Assembly (NCBI GenBank): GCA_963724295.1
Contig: CAVRUC010000013.1
Location: 128,001-192,000, forward strand
Source: an uncultured Chloroflexia bacterium
GTDB taxonomy: Bacteria > Chloroflexota > Chloroflexia > Thermomicrobiales > UBA6265
Length of the DNA: 64,000 nucleotides
Direction: 5' to 3'
Position numbers and translations under genes: made by a program. Below are positions 14,801 to 26,489 of this stretch, piece after piece (position 1 is the stretch's first letter; each line of letters opens with the position of its first letter). The notes under the pieces were generated by a model. The model had not been told where the DNA came from. It was given only the letters and a program-made list of their open reading frames with translations, and did no database searches.

Positions 14801-17800
14801 CACGGATTCGACGCCGGCGACGCACACCTGGAGCCGTCGACGCCACCGCGCCCGAGACGACGATCGACGCTGGACCGGCCGGGACGACCGCCAGCACCGA
14901 AGCCACCTTCGCGTTCACGTCAAACGAGGCCGACGTCTCCTTCGCCTGCGCCCTCGATGGCGCGGCTTACGCGGCCTGTTCCTCCCCCACGCAGTACCCG
15001 GCCTTGGGCGACGGGGAGCACACCTTCGCGGTGCGGGCCACGGACGCGGCTGGCAACGTCGACCCGACGCCGGCGACCCGCACCTGGACCGTCGACGCTA
15101 CCGCCCCCACTCTCACGAGCACGCTGCCCGCTGACGGTGCCGCCGACGTGGCCGCGACTGCCTCCGTCACCGTGACCTTCTCCGAGGCAATGGACCCGGC
15201 CACCCTGACAGAGACGACCTTCACGCTGGTCGCGCAGGACGGCGCTGAATCCGTCACCGCCGCTGTGAGCTACGAGGTGACCACCGACACGGCGACGCTG
15301 GATCCCGAGGCTGACCTAGAACCGGGTACGCTCTACACCACGACGGTGACCACCGCCGCCGCCGACGCGGCCGGCAACCCGCTGGCCGCCGCCGAGACGT
15401 GGTCCTTCACCACCGTCGCGCCGGCCGATACGTCCCCGCCGGAGACGACGATCGAGTCGATCGACCCGCCTGCCCAGAACAACCGGACCAACCGGACGAC
15501 GGTCACCTTCACCTTCTTGTCGAGCGAGGAGGGCGCGACGTTCGAGTGCCGGCTCGACGGCGGGGCGTTCGCCGCCTGCGTCTCGCCGCACGAGGTCACC
15601 GGCCTGGGCGACGGGGAGCACACGTTCGAGGTGCGGGCGATCGACGCGGCCGGCAACGTCGACCTGACGCCGGCCAGCCGGACGTGGACAATCGACGCGA
15701 CGGCGCCGAGCGTCGCCAAGATCGGGCCCGCGGACGGCGCCGCGGGTGTGGCTGTCGACGCCAGCGCCGCCGCAGTCTTCTCCGAGGCGATGGATGCGGC
15801 GAGCCTGACGATGGCCACCTTTACGCTGGTGCGCCAGGGCACCACGCCGGTCGCCTCCCAGGTGATCTACGACGCTGCAAGTAAGCGAGCGACACTGAAT
15901 CCGGATGGGAGCCTGGTAGCTGGCGCCATCTACACGGCGACGGTCAAGGGTGGCCCCGGTGGAGCCAAGGACGCGGCCGGCAACCCGCTGGCCGCCGACA
16001 AGACCTGGATGTTCACGACCGCCAGCACGACCTCGACCGTGGCCGTCGAAGCCGACGCGTGGGTCGAGAGCGCCAACCCTGGTCTCAACCACGGCACCGA
16101 GCTGTCGCTCAACATCGACAACAGCCCGCTGAGCGAGGGGTTCCTGCGCTTCACCGTCAGCGGGGCAGACGGCATCTCGAAGGCCACCCTCCGCCTTTAC
16201 GCCCACAACGGGACCAACAACGGCCCGAAGGTCTACGCAGTGGACGCAGTGGCCGGCAATAGTTGGACCGAAACCGGCATCACGTGGGGCAACAAGCCGG
16301 CCCGCGGAGGCACCCCCGTCGACACGGGCGCGATCGCCAGCAACACCTGGGTCGAATACGACGTGACTCCGCTCATCTCGGCGAATGGGACCTACACCCT
16401 CAACCTGGTGCCCGATTCCAGCGACCTGCTCCAGGTCCGGGCGAGGGAATACGCGACCGATCCCACCCTGCTCCCACACTTGGTACTGACCGTTGCAGCC
16501 CCAGGTGGCCCAGGGACGGCGATCGACACCGCGCCGGCCGATCCGACCGACCAGACGAGCGCCACGTTCACGTTCACATCCGATGCGCCAAACGCCACCT
16601 TCGAGTGCAAGATTGACAACGGGCAACTCGCGGCCTGCGCCTCGCCGCACGAGGTCACCGGCCTGGGTGACGGCGCGCACACGTTCGAGGTGCGCGCCAT
16701 CGACGAGGCGGGCAACCCGGACGAGACGCCGGCGACCCACTCCTGGACGATCGACACGGCGCCGCCGACGGTGACGACCGTGGTGCCGGCCGACGGCGCG
16801 ACGAACGCGCCCTCGACGACGAACGTCGAGGCGACCTTCTCCGAGGCGATGGACCCGGCGACGCTGACGGCGGCGACCTTTGCCCTGGCGCCGCAGGGGG
16901 GCGGCCCCGCGGTTGCGGCCACGGCGGCCTACGACGCGGCGACCCGCACGGCGACGCTCGACCCCGACGCCGACCTCGCCCCCGGCACCGCCTACACCGC
17001 GACCGTGACCACCGGCGCGACGGACGCGGCCGGCAACCCGCTGGCCTCCGACCGGGTCTGGGCCTTCACGACTACTCCCCTCGATCCCGTTTTGCTGGCT
17101 GCGGGGGATATTGCCAGCTGCAGCTCGAAGGGGGACGAGCAGACCGCTGCCCTGCTCGACGGCCTGGCCGGTACGGTGGCCGCGCTCGGCGACCTCGCCT
17201 ACGAGGACGGCACCGCCGCCGAGTTCCGGGACTGTTACGACCCGACCTGGGGCCGCTTAAAAGCCCGCACCCGCCCGGCGGTCGGCAACCATGAGTACCA
17301 CACGGCCGGGGCCGCCGGCTACTTCGACTACTTCGGCGCCGCTGCGGGGGACCCAGGCAAGGGGTACTACAGCTACGACTTGGGCGAGTGGCACATCGTC
17401 GTGCTCAACTCCATGTGCGACGAGGTCGGCGGCTGTGGCGTCGGTTCCCCAGGAGCAGTGGTTACGGGCGGACCTGGAGGCGCACCCGACCGACTGCACG
17501 CTCGCCTACTGGCACCATCCGCGCTTCAGCTCCGGCGCCGAGCACGGCAGCGCCGAGGAGGTCCAGCCGCTTTGGCAAGTCCTCTACGAAGGCGGCGCCG
17601 AGGTCCTGCTGGTCGCCCACGAGCACAACTACGAGCGCTTTGCCCAATGGACGCCAGCGGCAACCGCGATACGGCGCACGGGATCCGCGAGTTCGTCGCC
17701 GGCATGGGGGGCAACACCCTTTATGGTTTCGGGACGATCCTCCCCAATAGCGAGAAGCACAATAGCGATTCGCTGGGCGTTCTCCAACTGACGCTGCGAT

Positions 17801-19842
17801 CGGGGGGCTACGATTGGAAATTCGTGCCCGTGGCGGGAGCAAGCTTCACCGACAGTGGCAGCGGCAAGTGCCATGCCCCCCCGCCGACGCGCGCCTTCGG
17901 TGTGGAGGCCGACGCGATGGTGGCCAGCTCGTCTCCGACCACGAACTACGGGACCACGACCTTCCTCAAGGTCGACTCGAGCCCCGAGAGCGAGGCCTAC
18001 GTCCGCTTCAACGTGAGCGGGCTCCCCGGCGAAGCTACGAGTGCCAAGCTGCGGCTGTACAAGTACAACTCCGTGGAGAAGACCGAGGACGGCCCGGAGG
18101 TCTACCTCGCCGGCAACGACTGGACCGAGGGCGGCATCACCTGGAACAACAAACCGGCCCGCACCCGCGTGCTCGACGACCTCGTGGGGGAGATCCCCGC
18201 CACCGCGACCTGGGTCGAGTTCGACGTGACCTCCGCTGTGACCGGCGACGGCACCTACACCTTCGTGCTCGTCGGCGATCACCAGGACAGTATCCCGTTC
18301 TACTCGCGCAACCACGCGAACGCCGGGCGGCATCCCCAGCTGGTGGTGACGAGCGACCCGCTGGTGCCGCGGGTGGCCGCCGCGCCGCTGAGCGGGGACT
18401 ACGACACGCGCCAGGACGTGACGCTGACCCCCTCGGAGCCAGCCACGATCTACTACACCACCGACGGCTCCGACCCGACCTACCGCGGCACCAGCGCCAC
18501 CTACCACGCCTACACCGGGCCGATCGCCGTCCCCGGCTCGCGCACGCTCAAGTTCGTCGCCGTCGCCCCCGACGGCCGGGCCTCGCCGGTCAAGACCGAG
18601 GTCTACAAGATCCACGTCACCGCGGGCTACCGCGACTTCTACTACGGCGGCACCGGCGTCGCCGAGCCGACGGGTGACAAGACCGAGAGCAAGCTCTGGG
18701 TCCACGACGGCTCCTGGTGGGGGGTGCTCTACGACAACACCGCCGGGGAGTACCGGATCCACCGGCTCGACCCGGCGACCCAGACCTGGGTGAACACCGG
18801 TCCCACCGTCGACGCGCGCGAGGACTCGCGGGCCGACGTCCTCTGGGACGGGACCAAGCTCTACGTCGCCACCGGGACGACGGTCGTCTCGGAGTGGGGC
18901 AGTCCGCCCACCGCCGAGCAGCTGGCCGCCGGGTCGGCCGAGCTGCTGCGCTTCAGCTACAACCCGATCCTCAAGACGTACACCCAAGACCTCGGCTTCC
19001 CGGTCACCATCCGCGCGGGGAGCGCCGAGTCGATGACCCTGGCCAAGGACTCGACCGGGCGGCTGTGGATCACCTTCACCCGGGACAGCAAGGTCTGGGT
19101 CAACCACTCCAACGCGTCGGGGGGCGGCGACGCCGACTGGGGCGAGCCGTTCGTGCCGGCGGTGGCGGGGACCGCGGTCGACTACGACGACATCTCGGCG
19201 ATCATCGCCTTCGGCGGCGACAAGGTCGGGCTGATGTGGAGCAACCAAGACGACAGGCGGTTCTACTTCGCCGTGCACAACGACGGCGACCCCGCCGATG
19301 TTTGGCAGGCGACCGAGACGGCCCACGGCGGCGGCCAGGCCGGCTGCGGCTTCGGCACCGGCGGTGGCACTGGGTGCGCCAACGACCACCTCAACCTCAA
19401 GGCCACCGCCGACGGCCGGGTGTTTGCCGGGGTCAAGACGGCCAACAGGACGACGGGCCAGCCGATGGTGCGGCTCCTCGTGCGGGGCGCGTCCGGCGGG
19501 TGGACCGGCCACACCTTCAGCAAGGTCGAGGACGAGCATAGCCGGCCGCGGGTGCTTATCGACGAGGAGCACGGCCGGCTCTACCTGCTGGCCACCATCC
19601 CCGAGCTCGGGCAGGGGATCTACTACAAGAGCACCTGCCTCGACGACATCTCGTTCGACGACCAACCCGGGCCGGGCACCTCGTTCATCCAGCGCGACGA
19701 CAGCCCGATGATCAACAACGCGACCTCGACCAAGCAGAACCTGACCGGCGCCAGCGGCATGGTGGTGCTGGCCGGCGACAGCACCACCAAGCTCTACTCG
19801 CACAACCGCCTGGACCTGAACGCCGCCCCCGCGTGCTCGTAG
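11825..19842 (+). CDS. Giant secreted Ig-repeat surface protein 2 (~2670 aa) with embedded metallophosphoesterase, split by indels
   Basis: Same signal peptide as protein 1, but the position equivalent to ATG reads ATA (11825). About 8 Cys-paired Ig repeats, 5 Big_5-like domains and 3 DNRLRE-like domains (~13770, ~16035, ~17895). Calcineurin-like phosphoesterase at ~17085-17875 (AAGDIA, GDLAY, GNHEY, AHEH), then YYTTDGSDP domain and SKLWVHDGSWWGVLY C-terminal domain. Stop at 19842. Confidence 0.8.
11860..13348 (+). repeat. ~1.5 kb near-identical direct repeat, copy 2
   Basis: Matches 330-1819. Confidence 0.95.
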
Positions 19843-19886
19843 AGAACCACACCGAGCCGGCCGGACGGCACGAAGAGGATTGTCCG

Positions 19887-20455
19887 ATGCGCCGCGTTCC
19901 GTACTTGATCCCGCTGCTCGCCCTCATGCTGGTCGTCCTGTTGGTCGTGCCCGGTCTGAACGGCCGCGCCGCCCAGGAGGGTACGCCCGCCGCGGGGGCG
20001 GAACTGCGATGGAGGGAGTGACCTTCGAGCCCCTCGCCGCCGTCCCCAACGTCGCCCTGCCCAGCCCAGGCGGTCTCGTTCTGGTCCGCATCGCGCTGGA
20101 GCCGGGGGCGGTGCTGCCCTCCGACCCGAACGATCCGACGGTGGGCTTGGTGCTGGTCGAGGCAGGCGAGTTGACCGTCCGCCTCGGCGCCCAGTTCGTC
20201 GTCACCCGGGCCGGCACGTCGACGCCGGCGGCGACGGCCGAGGCTGGGGGCGCGTTCGCGGCACTTGGTGAGGTGGTGCCAGCCGGGACAGAAGCGACGC
20301 TGCGGGTCGGGGACGTCGCGCTCTTCCCGCCCAACGCCGGCGGAGAGGTTCGCAACGATGGGCGGGAGCGGGCCGTCGGCCTGGCCTTTCTGTCGATCCC
20401 GCCTGAGGCGATGCAGGGGATGGGCGCCCCCGTGGCCGCCATCCCCGTTGAGTAG
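19887..20455 (+). CDS. Secreted cupin-like protein (one indel near 20000)
   Basis: ATG19887 MRRVPYLIPLLALMLVVLLVVPG..AAQEGTPAA continues in another frame as MEGVTFEPLA..RIALEPGA..VEAGELTV..LRVGDVALFPPNAGGEVRNDG, a cupin-like pattern. Confidence 0.65.
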
Positions 20456-20513
20456 CACCGCGACGCCCCGGGCGCTGGCGATTCGTTGCGGTGGGAGCCG
20501 CCTCGGGCACCCC

Positions 20514-20541
20514 GGTCCAAAACTCTTGTCCGTTTGCTGAG
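20514..20541 (+). mobile_element. Possible solo IS/MITE terminal repeat
   Basis: GGTCCAAAACTCTTGTCCGTTTGCTGAG resembles the right end of the element at 51795-51822. Confidence 0.35.
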
Positions 20542-20692
20542 GGCGCGTCCGCAATCCGGATTACCGGCGGCTCCACGTCGTCCGGTGCCCGATCAGCCGG
20601 CTCTCGATCCTTTCCGGCGGGTGGCGGCGCGGCAGCGCCCGCCGCCGTCTTGACGCCCCGGTTGTGGGGGCGGCGGGTGGCCATGCCGACCC

Positions 20693-20760
20693 TGGCTCGT
20701 CCCGGGCAAGCGGTTCTGGCTCGTTCGCGGGAGGTCGTGCCCGCGCCTCGCCGGTAGGAT
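20693..20760 (+). promoter_or_regulatory. Activator-type promoter: tandem boxes plus -10
   Basis: TGGCTCGTCCCGGGCA (20693) and TGGCTCGTTCGCGGGA (20717, +24 nt); TAGGAT at 20755, 22 nt after the box. Confidence 0.7.
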
Positions 20761-20818
20761 GATGGCAACCGGCGCTGGGCCGGCCATCCGCGACGCCGCA
20801 GCGGGGGAAGGAATCGCA

Positions 20819-21271
20819 ATGAGGGGAAGTCTTGCCGTGGCTGTCGGGCTGGGGGTGCTCTTGGTCGCTGCCGTCGCCGCCGCCCCGCTGCCGGGCGCCG
20901 GTCAAGCGTCCAACGAGACCGAGCCGGTCCGCGTCGACGAGTGCCGCACCGAGGAGGACTACGGGACCGTCTGCGTCCGGACGCGAGGGGTCGAGCACAG
21001 CACCACCCAGCCAGATGGCGACCTGGTCACCTTCTTCAACCTGGTCACCGACTTCTCGCTCACGCTGGAGGACGGGACGACGACCGAGACCGCGCAGAGC
21101 ATCCACTCCCGGATGGTCTTCCGCGAGGGGGAGGAGCAGGTGGTCTCACGCACCGCCGCGTCCCGGTACACCACGGTCGACGGGCAGCGCTGCCGCTACC
21201 ACGCCGTCTTCGTGGTGGCCGGCGGCGAGCTGCGGATCGACGAGGTCGGCCTCAACTGCACCGAGCCGTAG
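20819..21271 (+). CDS. Secreted hypothetical protein with 4 Cys
   Basis: ATG20819 after GAAGGA; signal peptide MRGSLAVAVGLGVLLVAAVAAA; GC-biased codon usage. Confidence 0.7.
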   Translation: MRGSLAVAVGLGVLLVAAVAAAPLPGAGQASNETEPVRVDECRTEEDYGTVCVRTRGVEHSTTQPDGDLVTFFNLVTDFSLTLEDGTTTETAQSIHSRMVFREGEEQVVSRTAASRYTTVDGQRCRYHAVFVVAGGELRIDEVGLNCTEP

Positions 21272-21808
21272 CCCGACGGCAGCCCCCGGACCGTCCCGCC
21301 CGGGCGGCAAGCCGACCAACCTTCGGTTGTGCCGGACATAAGGGGCTGTCGCGCGGGGCTCGCGCAGGTTCGGGACGAGTCCCGGCCGCCGAACCGACCA
21401 GCACCGGGACCACGACGCCGTCCGCAACGCACGACGAACCCGCTGAGTTGCCGTGGGCGCTGGCGCTGTCCGCATCTACCACCGACTCGGAGCGTCCAGT
21501 CTGGACGTCAATCACATCCCGACACCGGCTGCAGAAGGGGCCCGTGTTCTGGGGAACGGGGCGCGTCACTTCCTTACCCCCTTCGTTGCGCTGGCGACCC
21601 TGAACTCTGCCGCGCAGTTGTTATCGCCCAGGGCGGTGAGGACGTCGCGGTTCCGATTCTGGGGGGCTCGCCGATTTTCTTAGGCAGCCAGGTCGGCGGC
21701 TCCGACGTTCCCGACCCTGTATTTTCCATTGGCTCCGACGTGGACGCTGAGAGCGCGCCTGCCCCTCCCAGGATTCCAAGTGGCGCCGATGAGCCAGGAG
21801 TCAATATC

Positions 21809-21876
21809 TAGCTCAAATCGGCTAGGTGAGGCTAGCGCGTTTCGGGGATGGGTAATCGGAGCGAGACGGATAAACT
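21809..21876 (+). promoter_or_regulatory. Activator-type promoter: tandem boxes plus -10
   Basis: TAGCTCAAATCGGCTA (21809) and TAGCGCGTTTCGGGGA (21833, +24 nt); TAAACT at 21871, 22 nt after the box. Confidence 0.65.
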
Positions 21877-21952
21877 TCACTCGCACGAGAGAATGCTGCC
21901 CAATAGCCTCTTCACTGCTGTGCCCGGAGGCCGCGGGGCGGGGATTATTCTG

Positions 21953-23600
21953 ATGCGGATCAAGCGCCGAGCGGGCTCCTTGATAACGACCTGGCTGCTG
22001 GCGCTGGTCGGCGCGGCGTTGCCGCCGCCGGCAGAGCCGGAGGAGCAGGGGGCGGGGCCGGACGCTGCGCCCCGGGGCGGGTCTAAGGACGGCGGCGGGC
22101 GCGAGGCCGGCCCGGCCCGCCTGCTGCTCGGGCTCGCGCTCGCTTGGGGCCTCGCCTGGCCGGCGGGGGTTGCGGCTCAGGCGGGCGCCGCAAGCCTGAT
22201 CGTTCCGGCCGAAGCCGATGCGCGCGTCGAGGAAGCGCAACCGGAGACCAATTTTGGCGTCGATCCGGCGCTGCGGGCCGACGGTGGTGGCGACCCCGAA
22301 GTTCGCAGCTACCTGCGGTTCGTGGTCGAGGGCGTGACCGACGACGTGAGGCAGGCCACCCTGCGGCTGTACGCCACCTCGTCCACCGAGGACGGTCCGG
22401 CCGTCTACGAGACCGAGACCGAGTGGACCGAGGGCGAGCTGACTTGGGACGCGCGGGCCTCCCGCACCAGCGACGCGATCGACGACCGCAGAGCGATCGA
22501 GGCCGACGCCTGGGTCGAGTACGACGTGACCAACTTTGTGACGACCGATGGCGTCTACGCCTTTGTCCTCGTCGCCGACGGGGGCGACGGCGTCGATTTC
22601 TCGGCGCGCGAGGGAGCGCGGCCGCCCGAGTTGGTGCTGACGCTCGACCGGGGCCGAGCGGAAGCCGAGCACTCGGACAGCGGCGACGGCGCCGCCGGCG
22701 AGTCCGTCACGGTCGTCGCCGCAGGCGACGTCGCCTGCGACCCGGCCTCCGGCTCGTTCAACGACGGTCTCGGCACCGCCTCCAACTGCCGCCAGGAGCA
22801 CACCGCCCGCCTGGTCGAGGCAGATCGACCCCGCCCTGGTCCTTGGGCTTGGCGACATGCAGTACGAGGAGGGAACCCTCGCCAACTACGAGAAGTCGTA
22901 CGATCCGTCGTGGGGCCGCTTCAAGGACAAGACCTATGTCGTCGCCGGCGGCTCCCACGACTTCTACGGCGGCGGCGACTTCTACGAGTACTGGGGGGAG
23001 CGCGCCGGCCCCGCGCCGCTACGGAACTGGTTCAGCCGCGACGTCGGCGCCTGGCACCTGGTCTTCCTCAACTCCTACTGCGACGAGGTGGGCGGCTGCG
23101 GGCCGGGCAGTCCCCAGTACGAGTGGCTGCGCGCCGACCTGGCGGCGAGCGATGCGGCCTGCACACTGGCGTTGTGGCACGAGCCGCGCTTCACCTCCGG
23201 TTCTCGCAACGGCGAGGACGAGGACGTCGACCCGCTTCTGGGATCTGCTCTACGAGCAAGGGGCGGAAGCTGGTGCTCGTCGGGCACGAGCACAACTACG
23301 AGCGATTCGCCCCGATGGACGGCGACGGGGAGCGCGACGACGCCTTCGGCGTCCGCGAGTTCGTCGTCGGCACCGGCGGCAAGTCGCTGGGCGGCGACTG
23401 GGAGAACATCCGGCCTTCGAGCGAGGTCCGGGACGAGGAGGCCTACGGCGTCCTCAAGCTGACGCTGCGCCCCGACGGTTACGACTGGGAGTTCGTGGCG
23501 GAGCCGGGTCAGTCCTTCACTGACGCGGGGAGCGGGGAGTGCCACGGCGCGCCGGATAGCGGCGCGGTCGAGCGCGACCGATCGACCCTCGCCGCCACGG
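21953..23600 (+). CDS. Secreted DNRLRE-domain metallophosphoesterase (acid/alkaline phosphatase-like), with indels; 3' end uncertain
   Basis: DNRLRE-like domain (AEADARVEEAQPETNFG..SYLRF..WTEGELTW..WVEYDVT), then AAGDVAC, LGDMQYE, GSHD, WHEPRF, GHEHNYERF, REFVVGTGG, YGVLKLTL motifs across frames 21848/22857. Recognisable homology ends near 23560; the frame itself stays open to 24199. Confidence 0.75.
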
Positions 23601-23958
23601 GGTTGCTCCAATCGATCACCCTCCACATGGCGTCGCCCACCCGGCGAGACGACGCGGCGCTACCGTTCTCGAGCACATCCCGGCGCAGGGTCGGGCGTTG
23701 GGACGCTCGCGCGGCCGGCGGACGCAAGAGCGCGGTCGGTCGCAACCACCGCCGATCGCCCACTCGTGGGACGAGCGAGGAGCAACCGCGGAGCACCCCC
23801 GCGCCCGGCGCTGCGGGGCCAGGCGGCTACCGCGCCAGCAGCAGCAACGTCGCGCAGCCAAACCCGTCGCGGCCGACGTTCGGCCGACTTGTCGCGATCG
23901 GGGATCATCGGGGCGGCCTCGGCCGCCGCTCCCGACGCCCTGGGGAGGAGTCCATCCC

Positions 23959-24810
23959 GTGCTTGATCTGTCCGTCATCGTGCCGGTGCGTAACGCCGAG
24001 CTCTTCATCGACGACTGCCTGGCGTCGATCGTCCGCTCGCAACCCCGCGAGATCATCGTCGTCGACGGGAACTCGACCGACCGCACGGTGGAGATCGCCC
24101 GGCGGTACCCGGTCCAGATCCTCGCCAACGGGGACCGCGGTGTCGCCGCCGCCCGGATGCTCGGCGTTCACACGGCGACCGCCGACGCCGTCGCGCTGAT
24201 CGACGTCGACATCGTGCTGCCGGACGGGGCGTTGGGCCGGCTCTTCGAGGAGTTCCGAGAGGGCCGGTACACCGCCCTGCAGGCCGGGCTGCACAGCGAG
24301 GCGGGCCCGGGCTATTGGGGACAGGCCCTCGTCTACCACCACAACAACGGCCGCAGCAAGCACTGGCCGGGGCTGATGGCGACCATCTTCCGGCGGGACG
24401 CCTTGCTCGCCCATGAGCTCGACGCGAGTTTTGCGTCGGGCGAGGACATCGAGCTGCGGTGGCGACTGCAGCGGGCGGGCGCCAAGCTCGGCGTCTCGCG
24501 ACAGACGATCGTCACCCACCGCTTCGACGACACCTTCGCCTGCGCTCGGGGCCAGTTCGACGACGACGGCAAGGGGCTCGCCCGGATGGTGCTGAAGTAC
24601 GGCTGGCGCGCCGGGATGCTACTCGGGATCCCCGCCGCGGGGGCGGTGCGCGGTAGCCTGCTCAGCCTTGTCCGGCGCCAGCCGCGGTGGATCCCGTACT
24701 TCGTGGTCTACGCGATCCTCAACTACACCGCGATGCTCGGCACCTTCGCCGATCGTCTCAAGCAGCGGATGAAGTCCGGGACGCAGCGGGTCGATCTTGG
24801 ACCGGCGTAG
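23959..24810 (+). CDS. Glycosyltransferase family 2
   Basis: GTG23959 after GGAGGAG; SVIVPVRN, IIVVDGNSTD, DVD (DxD) and GEDIEL motifs. Confidence 0.9.
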   Translation: MLDLSVIVPVRNAELFIDDCLASIVRSQPREIIVVDGNSTDRTVEIARRYPVQILANGDRGVAAARMLGVHTATADAVALIDVDIVLPDGALGRLFEEFREGRYTALQAGLHSEAGPGYWGQALVYHHNNGRSKHWPGLMATIFRRDALLAHELDASFASGEDIELRWRLQRAGAKLGVSRQTIVTHRFDDTFACARGQFDDDGKGLARMVLKYGWRAGMLLGIPAAGAVRGSLLSLVRRQPRWIPYFVVYAILNYTAMLGTFADRLKQRMKSGTQRVDLGPA

Positions 24811-24814
24811 CACG

Positions 24815-26221
24815 GTGGGTCAAACCGGCAGTGCGGCATTCGCCGCGCCGACCCCCGAGGCGACAGCGATCGCCAGTGAGGGCGCAAGGCGCTCCCTGCC
24901 AATGCACCTGAACTCCATTGCCCTGGTCCTCGGCAAGATGGCGACGTTGGGTGTCGGGTTCCTGGTCTGGTTGATCGCCGCCCGGCTCCTCCCGCCTGCC
25001 GAGGTGGGGCTGGCGTCCGGGGCGGTCTCGGCGATGATGCTCTGCGTGCAGCTCGCCCTCTTCGGCGCCGGGGCGGCGGTGATCACGCTCTTCCCCCGGC
25101 ACCAGGACCGCCCCGCCAACCTGCTCGACACCGCGATCGGCGTCGTCGGCGTCGCCTCGCTCGTCGCCGCCGTCGCCTTCCTGGGGCTGGCCTGGGGCCT
25201 GTTCCGCGAGCTGCGCGTCCTGGCGGCGATCCCCGGCTACGCGATTGCCTTCCTCGCCATGTGCGCGCTCGGCACGCTCGGAGTGCTGTTCGACCAGATC
25301 GGCACGGCGCTGCGACGGGGCGACCAAGTCCTGGTCCGAGGCGTCGTATTCGGGGTCGTGACCCTCGGCATCATCATCGCCTTGCCCCTTGGCGTTGGGG
25401 TAACGGACGCTTCGGCAATCCTTGCGGCGTGGGTCGGTGGCGGCCTGGTCAGCGTCGGTCTCGGTTACGCCCAACTGCGCCGCTCGCTCCCGGGCTACCG
25501 CTACCGACCGCGCCTGCACCGCCGGCTGGCGGCGCAGTTGGTCGGGATCGGCCTGCCGAACTGGGCGTTGACGCTGACGGAGCGGGCGCCCGGCTCGATC
25601 CTACCGATTGTGGTCACGGAGCTGCTTTCGCCGGAGGCCAACGCGACCTGGTACGCCGTCTGGATGATGGCCTGGGTGGTCTACGTCATCCCCGTGCAGG
25701 TTGGGCTCTCGCTCTTCGCGGAGGCGGCCCATCACCCGGACGACCTGGGGCTAGCTGTTCGCCGCGGCCTCGGCTTGGCACTGGCCATCGGTACGGCAGG
25801 CGCGGTCGGCGCCGCAATCGTGGGACCGTTCATGCTGTCGTTCCTTGGTCCTAGCTACGCGGAAAGCGGCACGACGCCCCTGCGCATCCTTGTCGTCGCG
25901 GTTATCCCCTTCGCGTTCGTTCAGGCGTATTTCTCGGCGTGCCGATCCCGTCAGAAGTTGACGGAGGCGATCGTGACTGGGATTTGCAGCGGGCTGGTGG
26001 GCGTCGGGGCGGCGGTGTGGGCCAGCCTCACCTACGGTTTGACCGGAATGGCCGTCGCCTGGTTGCTGACCCAAATCGTTACCGGCGCGTGGGCCCTCTC
26101 CCGGTTGCGCTCACTATCGGGGCGGAATTGGGGAAGATCCCGGCGCGACACCATGGGAGCCAGGCGCGGACCGGATGTCGCCGCAGCAGGACTGCCGGCT
26201 ACAGACTCGGCGGCATCCTGA
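24815..26221 (+). CDS. Wzx-like polysaccharide flippase (MATE-like)
   Basis: Many hydrophobic helices; GFLVWLIAARLLPPAEVGLAS and LPIVVTELLSPEANATWY motifs; directly after GT2. Start may be ATG24902. Confidence 0.8.
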   Translation: MGQTGSAAFAAPTPEATAIASEGARRSLPMHLNSIALVLGKMATLGVGFLVWLIAARLLPPAEVGLASGAVSAMMLCVQLALFGAGAAVITLFPRHQDRPANLLDTAIGVVGVASLVAAVAFLGLAWGLFRELRVLAAIPGYAIAFLAMCALGTLGVLFDQIGTALRRGDQVLVRGVVFGVVTLGIIIALPLGVGVTDASAILAAWVGGGLVSVGLGYAQLRRSLPGYRYRPRLHRRLAAQLVGIGLPNWALTLTERAPGSILPIVVTELLSPEANATWYAVWMMAWVVYVIPVQVGLSLFAEAAHHPDDLGLAVRRGLGLALAIGTAGAVGAAIVGPFMLSFLGPSYAESGTTPLRILVVAVIPFAFVQAYFSACRSRQKLTEAIVTGICSGLVGVGAAVWASLTYGLTGMAVAWLLTQIVTGAWALSRLRSLSGRNWGRSRRDTMGARRGPDVAAAGLPATDSAAS

Positions 26222-26489
26222 GCACAGGGCGCACCAGCTAAAGAGGCGCCACGATCACTTTGATCCCAGAATTTCAGCCGTTCGGCATCGCGGCCGCCTA
26301 AGCGGGGGGCGGGTAGACCGAAGCCCCGGTTAGCGGGCGGGATCTGCTGAGCCACGTCCCGCCCGGCGCATCAGTGGATGATGAGGGGTCGCTGAATCGG
26401 CTGCGCCCTCCCCTCGGCGATGCCGGTCCGGGCTCTAGCCGCGTTCGGGGTCTGGTCCAGCAGGGATCGTCAACCAAGACGTCCTCATT

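Noticed and set aside
2038..19803. Long antisense ORFs (e.g. 2038-4296, 8532-10322, 17629-19803)
   Set aside because: These are shadow frames of high-GC coding sequence, with Arg/Gly-rich translations and no motifs.
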